Of a stretch of DNA of 64,000 nucleotides, positions 10,101 through 19,100 are shown piece by piece. Every line of letters starts with the position of its first letter. The first letter of the stretch is position 1. Position numbers and translations under genes: made by a program. Source of the DNA: Hemiscyllium ocellatum (Eukaryota); assembly GCF_020745735.1 (NCBI RefSeq), contig NC_083420.1, forward strand, positions 25,668,001 to 25,732,000, read 5' to 3'. Below the pieces are notes generated by a model, which worked only from the letters and a program-made list of their open reading frames with translations, made no database searches and had not been told where the DNA came from.

Positions 10101-13100
10101 GCCAGACTACTCAGACCTCTTGGCATCATGGTAACCCACAAACCACCACCCCCCCCGCCCCTCCCCGGTCATAACTAGCATTGTGCTTAACCCCACTTTT
10201 TCAGAACTTTTCGATTGGCCTTGAATTCCTGAGAAACCAAACATCTGTCTGTTTCTCAGGTTTAAATACTTCAGAACCATTTTGGATCTTCTGGATTAGT
10301 TTGTACTCTACACCATGTGCCTTCACCAGCTTACTATACAAGGTCACTGAATGATCAACCTCTCAGTGAGCAGATCAATGCTGATAATCTGAATGCTTTC
10401 ATCTTTTGATTAAGAGTTGGCCATAGATAACCAAAGCATTCTGGGGCAAATTAGAAAGTGTTTTGATCAGATCATTATTAAGCATAGCCTGTCTTACCTG
10501 TATGGAAGCTGTTAATGATCGCATGGATTCAAGATTTGAACACCACCTATTCCTTAAAAATCCCTTCAAGCTATAACCACTACAGGTTGTTATTCTATAT
10601 TGCAATGATTGTGCAACCCTGCATTACAGAAAATTCACGCTTTAGAAACATAGCTTAAAGTTTTGGCGATGTAATTGCATTACAGCCAACAGATGTTTTA
10701 AAAGTTTGCACTTTAGAAAGTGTCCCCAGTTTGTCAATTGCATAACAGCAAATTCATGAAAAGGGCTTGCACATCATAGCAGAGCGATCTGTGCTATTTA
10801 TTTAGTCTTAAACACATTTGAAAATATGTTGTCATATTCCAGCAATAAATCCCTCCGGTGATATTTGTAGTTCGAATTCGTGATGACATTCATGTTAAAC
10901 AGCACTGCTCCAAACAAGTTTGAGTTTGTGATTCTGCTCTTAAACCATCTGAATGTTATGACTAGATTTGAAGGAAAACCATCAAACCAATACCAAACTC
11001 TTACTTTTGTAATCACCATGAAAGAAAATTTTGCTTTCAATTTGAAGCTTGGATGAGATTTACATATTTTACTATGCAGTTCAGGAATTGTCTTTGAGCT
11101 TTGGCTTTATGTAGTAATGATGCTTAATGTTGCCCCTTAGACACTACATTTTTATCTAATATCTGCCATTCATCTGCAGTATATCATGGAACTGACCTTC
11201 ACACAGGCTGCAAAAGGTGTGAACAAAGAGATTGTGGTGAATTTAGAGGACACATGCCAGAGATGTGATGGTAAGGGAAATGAACCAGGAACCAAAGTCC
11301 AGCACTGCCACTATTGCAATGGAAGTGGCATGGTAAGTACAAATGTTGTCACTGACCACTTTCTATTTTCCTCTCCTGAATGCAGTGTATTTTACTGGGG
11401 TTCAGTTCCAGGGGTTGCCCAAAGCATTTGATTTTTTTTTTGTTTGGGTTCTGTATGAATATATGTAAAAGCAACAATTCAATATTTGGGGTATATACTG
11501 AGACAATGGTATATGTCTTTAGAGAAATGGGCCGTTTCATATATTTTGAATACAAGGTACAATATGCTTCACAAACTCACTTGTGAAAAGTGCAGAAGGA
11601 TGAGAGTTCTTTTTTTTTTCTCCTGCTAGATACATTGTGGTAATGATACCAGGGAGTAAAAAGTGAGGTCTGCAGATGCTGGAGATCACAGCTGCAAATG
11701 TGTTGCTGGTCAAAGCACAGCAGGCCAGGCAGCATCTCAGGAATAGAGAATTCGACGTTTCGAGCATAAGCCCTTCATCAGGAATAAGAGAGAGAGAGAG
11801 CCAAGCAGGCTAAGATAAAGGGTAGGGAGGAGGGACTGGGGGGAGGGGCGATGGAGGTGGGATAGGTGGAAGGAGGTCAAGGTGAGGGTGATAGGCCGGA
11901 GTGGGGTGGGGGCGGAGAGGTCAGGAAGAGGATTGCAGGTTAGGAGGGCGGTGCTGAGTTGAGGGAACCGACTGAGACAAGGTGGGGGGAGGGGAAATGA
12001 GGAAACTGGAGAAATCTGAATTCATACCTTGTGGTTGGAGGGTTCCCAGGCGGAAGATGAGGCGCTCCTCCTCCAGCCGTCGTGTTGTTGTGTTCTGCCG
12101 GTGGAGGAGTCCAAGGACCTGCATGTCCTCGGTGGAGTGGGAGGGAGAGTTAAAGTGTTGAGCCACGGGGTGATTGGGTTGGTTGGTTCGGGCGGCCCGG
12201 AGGTGTTCTCTGAAGCGTTCCGCAAGTAAGCGGCCTGTTTCACCAATATAGAGGAGGCCACATCGGGTGCAGCGGATGCAATAGATGATGTGTGTGGAGG
12301 TACAGGTGAACTTGTGGCGGATATGGAAGGATCCCTTGGGGCCTTGGAGGGAAGTGAGTGTGGAGGTGTGGGCGCAAGTTTTACATTTCCTGCGGTTGCA
12401 GGGGAAGGTGCCGGGGGTGGAGGTTGGGTTGGTGGGGGGTGTGGATCTGACGAGGGAGTCACGAAGGGAGTGGTCCTTGCGGAATGCTGATAGGGGAGGG
12501 GAGGGAAATATATCCTTGGTGGTGGGGTCCGTTTGGAGGTGGCGGAAATGGCGGCGGATGATACGTTGTATGCGGAGGTTGGTGGGGTGGTAGGTGAGAA
12601 CCAGTGGGGTTCTGTCTTGGTGGCGGTTGGAGGAGCGGGGCTCAAGGGCGGAGGAGCGGGAAGTGGAGGAGATGCGGTGGAGGGCATCATCGATCACGTC
12701 TGGGGGGAATCTGCGGTCCTTGAAGAAGGAGGCCATCTGGGCTGTGCGGTGTTGGAATTGGTCCTCCTGGGAGCAGATGCGGCGGAGACGAAGGAATTGG
12801 GAATATGGGATGGCATTTTTACAGGGGGCAGGGTGGGAGGAGGTGTAGTCCAGGTAGCTGTGGGAGTCAGTCGGTTTATAATAGATGTCTGTGTTGAGTC
12901 AGTCGGTTTATAATAGATGTCTGTGTTGAGTCAGTCGGATATGTGGAACAGTCCATCTTCCACAACTACACTGGCACCACCCCCCACCTTTTCCTCCGCT
13001 ACATCGATGACTGTATCGACGCTGCCTCGTGCTCCCACGAGGAGGTTGAACAGTTCATCAACTTTACTAACACCTTCCATCCCGACCTGAAATTCACCTG

Positions 13101-16100
13101 GACCATCTCAGACTCCTCCCTCCCCTTCCTAGACCTCTCCATTTCTATCTCGGGCGACCGACTCAACACAGACATCTATTATAAACCGACTGACTCCCAC
13201 AGCTACCTGGACTACACCTCCTCCCACCCTGCCCCCTGTAAAAATGCCATCCCATATTCCCAATTCCTTCGTCTCCGCCGCATCTGCTCCCAGGAGGACC
13301 AATTCCAACACCGCACAGCCCAGATGGCCTCCTTCTTCAAGGACCGCAGATTCCCCCCAGACGTGATCGATGATGCCCTCCACCGCATCTCCTCCACTTC
13401 CCGCTCCTCCGCCCTTGAGCCCCGCTCCTCCAACCGCCACCAAGACAGAACCCCACTGGTTCTCACCTACCACCCCACCAACCTCCGCATACAACGCATC
13501 ATCCGCCGCCATTTCCGCCACCTCCAAACGGACCCCACCACCAAGGATATATTTCCCTCCCCTCCCCTATCAGCGTTCCGCAAGGACCACTCCCTTCGTG
13601 ACTCCCTCGTCAGATCCACACCCCCCACCAACCCAACCTCCACCCCCGGCACCTTCCCCTGCAACCGCAGGAAATGTAAAACTTGCGCCCACACCTCCAC
13701 ACTCACTTCCCTCCAAGGCCCCAAGGGATCCTTCCATATCCGCCACAAGTTCACCTGTACCTCCACACACATCATCTATTGCATCCGCTGCACCCGATGT
13801 GGCCTCCTCTATATTGGTGAAACAGGCCGCTTACTTGCGGAACGCTTCAGAGAACACCTCCGGGCCACCCGAACCAACCAACCCAATCACCCCGTGGCTC
13901 AACACTTTAACTCTCCCTCCCACTCCACCGAGGACATGCAGGTCCTTGGACTCCTCCACCGGCAGAACACAACTACACGACGGCTGGAGGAGGAGCGCCT
14001 CATCTTCCGCCTGGGAACCCTCCAACCACAAGGTATGAATTCAGATTTCTCCAGTTTCCTCATTTCCCCTCCCCCCACCTTGTCTCAGTCGGTTCCCTCA
14101 ACTCAGCACCGCCCTCCTAACCTGCAATCCTCTTCCTGACCTCTCCGCCCCCACCCCACTCCGGCCTATCACCCTCACCTTGACCTCCTTCCACCTATCC
14201 CACCTCCATCGCCCCTCCCCCCAGTCCCTCCTCCCTACCCTTTATCTTAGCCTGCTTGGCTCTCTCTCTCTCTTATTCCTGATGAAGGGCTTATGCTCGA
14301 AACGTCGAATTCTCTATTCCTGAGATGCTGCCTGGCCTGCTGTGCTTTGACCAGCAACACATTTGCAGCAGTAATGATACCAGGGCCTAGAGAACTATAT
14401 CACGAGGACAGATTGTACAACTTGTATACCATTGAGTGTCAAGGATTAAGGAATGAACTGTTCAAAATGTTTACAATGTTATGGTTTTCATTGGTGGATT
14501 TGACAAAACTTGTTTTTTCTGGTTTGGTAATCCTGAACAAGAGAACAGAATCTTTACCTTAGAGCTATACTGTTTAAGAGGGAAGTCAGTGCACATGCGT
14601 GCACGCAGTGTTTCATATGTTCACAAGCACCCGTTCCTTTCTTCCCCCTCGTGAGGTCTAGGTACTAGAAGTCAATTAGGTTATCAAGATCAATAGATCC
14701 TTAAAATTCTTTCATGGCATGTGGGCATCACTGGTAAGACTAACATCTGTTGACTATCCCTAGATGCCCTTGAACTGAGTGGCTTGCCATATCATTTAAG
14801 ACTTAACAACATGACTGTGGGTCTGGAGTCATGTGTCGGCTAGTCCAGGTCAAGACAGGAGATTTCCTTCCTAAAAAGACTTCGATGAGGCAAATATGTT
14901 TTTTGCGACCGTCAATAAGACCTTCAAAGTCACTTTTATTGAGACTAGACTTCAAGTCCAGATTTTATTTTTGGCAGTTGCAGGAGTGTAAATTCATTGT
15001 GTAGTTTAAACCCATGACCTGAAAAATGTGTTGCTGGAAAAGCGCAGCGGGTCAGGCAGCATCCAAGGAGCAGGACAATCGACGTTTCGGGCATAAGCCC
15101 TTCTTCAGGAATGCCCGAAACGTCGATTCTCCTGCTCCTTGGATGCTGCCTGACCTGCTGCGCTTTTCCAGCAACACATTTTTCAGCTCTGATCTCCAGC
15201 AACTGCAGTCCTCACTTTCTCCTAGTTGATTTAAACCCATGAACCCCAAAGCATTAGATTAGGCCTCTGGATTACTAGCCCAGTGAGACTATTGGTGTCT
15301 TCCCATAAAGTATTCTGGTTTTGACTTTCAGGATAGTGATAGTGTTTTTGGCACCAACGCATTCATCTGTGTTTCTCCTCTTTCAGGAAACTCTGAACAC
15401 TGGTCCGTTCATGATGCGTTCTACGTGTCGGCGCTGTGGTGGGCGGGGATCTGTTATGACGACACCCTGTATTGTGTGCCGAGGAAGTGGACAGAGTAAA
15501 CAGAAGAGGAAAGTGATGGTACCAGTTCCAGCTGGTAAGCCAGAACACCAAGTTGTTTACTGCTATGGAGAGAGATGATAGCTGAGTGAAAGAGCTACAC
15601 GCAAGAGGTTGTCTGTTACTCTGAGCAAGAATGCTGCTGAGCCCAGCTTCAAGCTTTCGACAACACAATGTCATTGTTTTATGCTGCACTATAAGTTTGG
15701 AACCAGTAGAATTGGACTTGTATCTTTTTAACACAATCTTGGCCACTTCCTGTCCATCTGATTTGACTCTGCTAAGTTCCTGAACTCTGATGTAGTTCAG
15801 TGCGATTCTCTTGTTACCAGTTAACTTTTCTAAAGTTACTTGCTGGGTGAGATGCCAAACAGCTTAGAGAAAAAGTGGATAAATTGAGTCAACCTTTGAT
15901 CAGCCATGACCTGATTGAATGTGGAGCACATCTGCAGAGTTTTATACCCTCCCTCCTGTTCCTCATTCTTTTGTCTTGCTTGGGCTGTTTAACAGTGAAG
16001 GTGTTACAGCTAAGCCAGACTCTGTCCTCGTTTACCATGAACAGGAGGAGATGAAGGATAGCTAGCTATTTCTGTGGAAGGGTACGGTCACTTGTGTCAT

Positions 16101-19100
16101 CTCAAAACAGGAGTTGAAGCTGAGCATGAGAAGTGCATGGAGCTATCTCAAAGAATGATCTATGCCTGTTGGTTTAGTTTGGACACTGTTGTAGTATGGC
16201 TTTGCTTGTGTTTTACCTAATGCAGTGTGTGCATAATTACAGGTGTGGAGGATGGACAGACTGTAAGGATGCCAGTTGGACGCAAGGAGATCTTCATCAC
16301 CTTCAGGGTAAGTCATGTGACTAAACATGCTGGGGAGGATGTTATCCATCTCTGGGTTATTAGGACCTGTACATGTTAAATTGACTTGATAGCATTGATT
16401 AAGCTTGGGCATTTTTAAAAATAAACCTCAAGAAAATTTGCTCTTTGTTTGTGGCACCACATTTTGGCAGTGGGAAAAATAATTACATTTTTGGATATTC
16501 TTTCTACTGTCGAGAGAGTCATGATGTTAAATTTCCCTATTGGTGACATTATATCCAGGGATATGCGGTGTAAAGTAGGGTATAGATCCTACTTGGTAGA
16601 GGGGAAGTTTTGTAACATTGTTATCAACCCCATTAAAGACATTTGGCCTGAGAGGTAATCTGCACTACGACACAAGTTGCCTTTCAGGATAGGCAGGGTA
16701 GAGAGAGTTATAGTTTTCCTCAGGAAGAGGGAGACATTTTGGATTGAATTTTAGATTCTGGTTGCTTCAGTTCTGCTTGAAAATATTCTTTTAAATATTA
16801 TTTAGGTCCAAAGGAGCTCAACTTTTCGAAGGGAAGGAGCCGACATTCACTCTGACCTGTATATATCCATAGCTCAGGCAGTTCTTGGAGGCACAACACG
16901 GGCTGTAGGACTGCATGAAACAATCAATATCACGGTGAGTGCCACTGGGCTATCGTCAGCAGGTCAGTGGTAATCATTAAATGGATTTATTCCTGCACTT
17001 TCAAACTTTCTACCGCAGCACCAGGCCTTTCCCATCTATCAGCACTTTTCTACACAGAACTTGACCTCCCCATTTTACTTGCAGCAATGGTCTAATGATT
17101 AACCTTTAATTCCCCAGAGTTGAGGCCACATTGGAGAACTGACGACTCAAATTACAAACATGTGATTCTAGTTGTTTCCCATTACCAATTGGACTACGAT
17201 AACTTGAGTTCATAATTTCCTCTCCCATTCAGAGCTTCTGACCTCTGTAGCAGCAGCTTGTAAATGTAGCTGTTTAACTGTTTTCTGTTCCCTTTGTCCA
17301 CAGATTCCTGCAGGGATTCAGGCTGATGAGACGATTCGACTTGCCGGTAAAGGTATCCCAAAAGTCAATAGTTACGGATACGGAGACCACTATATCCACA
17401 TAAAGGTGAAGATTCCAAAGTGAGTAATAGTATCTGTTTCATACAAAGGTTGGATTTGTAATCAGCTAACAATTTATTTCTGACTGACCTTTTGTCTTGC
17501 AGTTAGAGTAGGGGCAGTATGGTGGCTCAGTGGTTAGTACAGCTGCCACAATGTCAGGGGGACTGGATTCGATTCCACCTGGGACTACTGTCTGTGGAGT
17601 TTGAACATTGTCTCTGTGTTTGCATGGGTTTCCTTCAGGTGCTCTGGTTTCCTTCCATGGCAAGAGATGTACAGGCTAGGTGGATTGGCCATGCTGAATT
17701 GCCATAGTATCTGGGGATGTGGGGGTTAGGTCAATTAGCTGTGGGAAATGCAAGTTTCTCAATTGGGGTGCTGTTTGCTGTTGAGAGAATCAGTGTGGAT
17801 TTGTTGGGCCAAATGGCCTGTTTCCACATTATCTGGATTCTGATGGATTCTATTCTAATGTTTTATCTCTAATTAGGAGTAAAGTAATATTGATGTTCAG
17901 AGTCACACAGTGGGATAGTCTGACAGTAGAACAGATCATCCACAACCACGTAATTTAGTTATCATCCCTTCAAAAAATGCAAGATCTATTCCGTATAGGT
18001 CATGACAAAAGTTATCCAGTCTTTCTGTTAATCTTGTAATTCAAAATTTGACCCTTTAAAGATTTAAGTACTTTATTATGATGTTCATATTGTTTAGATC
18101 AACTTATGGATTCATTCAAATTTTCTGCTGCAAGAAGTGATTAGGTTATTGGCAGGCTGTAGCTATACTTCCTTTTCATTTCTAAGACATTATTTTATAG
18201 TGATAATTAAGATGGCTCAATTTTTGCACTCCTTTCTATTTTGTAAGTGTTGTGTACAAAAGCCTGTGTTTTAAGGTATAGGGATGTGCTCTTTAGGTGT
18301 AACACTGGAAATAGTCGCAGGGTGATAACCAGGATCTGTGAAGATAAAATCTTTATCAATCCTTTGAATCCTGAGAAGCAATTAGCAGTTGGCTTCACTT
18401 GAATGATAATGATGATATTTGACAAATGATTGACTATTTTGCCGCAGAATAAGTTGTATTTCTGGACCAAATGGTAGCTGTAATTGATCCATTTGCTCAA
18501 ACAGGTTGCTTGTGATTAAAGAGATTGGAAAGTGAACATCCATTTAGAAATTTGACTAGGGAAAGATCTGTTTCTTCCTGGCTAAGAACACTAATTGTTA
18601 TTCCTAATTCGATGTTTTGACAGGAGGTTGACGGGCAGACAGAGTTCCCTGATGCTGGCTTTTGCAGAGGAGGAGAATGACGTGGAGGGCACAGTGAATG
18701 GAGTAGTTAATACCGATGCAGGTGGGAAGTAGATTAATGGTTACATCAGCAGACATGTCCATTACAATTAAACTAATCAAATCCTATTAACACAAAGTTG
18801 AACAATTGCTTTGGAATCAAGAAAGTTGTAACTCAGTCCAAAGAACTAAGTTAATGAAATCAGGAGGTGTGATCAGCTAGAGCCATGGAGATCTATAGCA
18901 CAAAAAGGCCCTTCAACTCATTGTTGTCTGCACCAGTCTAAAGCATCTAGTTATTCTAATCCTATTTTCCAGCACTTGGCCAGTAGCCTTGCATGTCTTG
19001 GCATCACAGGTGTTCATCTAAATACTGTTATGAGGGTTTCTGTCTCTTTACAGGCAGTGAGTTCCAGATTTCCACCACCCTCTGGATGAAATTATTTTCT

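Larger units (their letters stand above)
11655..14370. mobile_element. Young Penelope-like retroelement (Neptune-type), fold-back insertion of two 5'-truncated copies
   Basis: ORF 12943-14139 (+) has RT motif RYIDD, a thumb region, a Cys linker ([10 protein letters not shown]) and a GIY-YIG endonuclease (IIYCIRC...[14 protein letters not shown]). A mirror ORF lies at 11921-12736 (-). Arms are 11691-12900 and 13160-14369. TSD GTAATGATACCAGGG at 11640-11654 and 14371-14385. Confidence 0.95.

Noticed and set aside
12022-14038. 222-aa Pro/Ser-rich ORFs and other alternative-frame ORFs in both PLE arms
   Set aside because: Shadow frames of the C-rich PLE coding strand, duplicated only because of the inverted repeat.
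11691-14369. Inverted repeat as an assembly artefact or as a DNA transposon with long TIRs
   Set aside because: The 15-bp TSD, one-sided tail, arm mismatches, asymmetric spacer and RT/GIY-YIG content fit a genuine PLE insertion. Read-level confirmation is still advisable.
17512-17585. tRNA gene
   Set aside because: A/B boxes continue into a SINE body present in several copies, with no complete cloverleaf.
18722-18732. Third DNAJA3 C-terminus by intron read-through (…AGGK*)
   Set aside because: Possible because the donor GTGGGA is weak, but nothing in the sequence supports its use.
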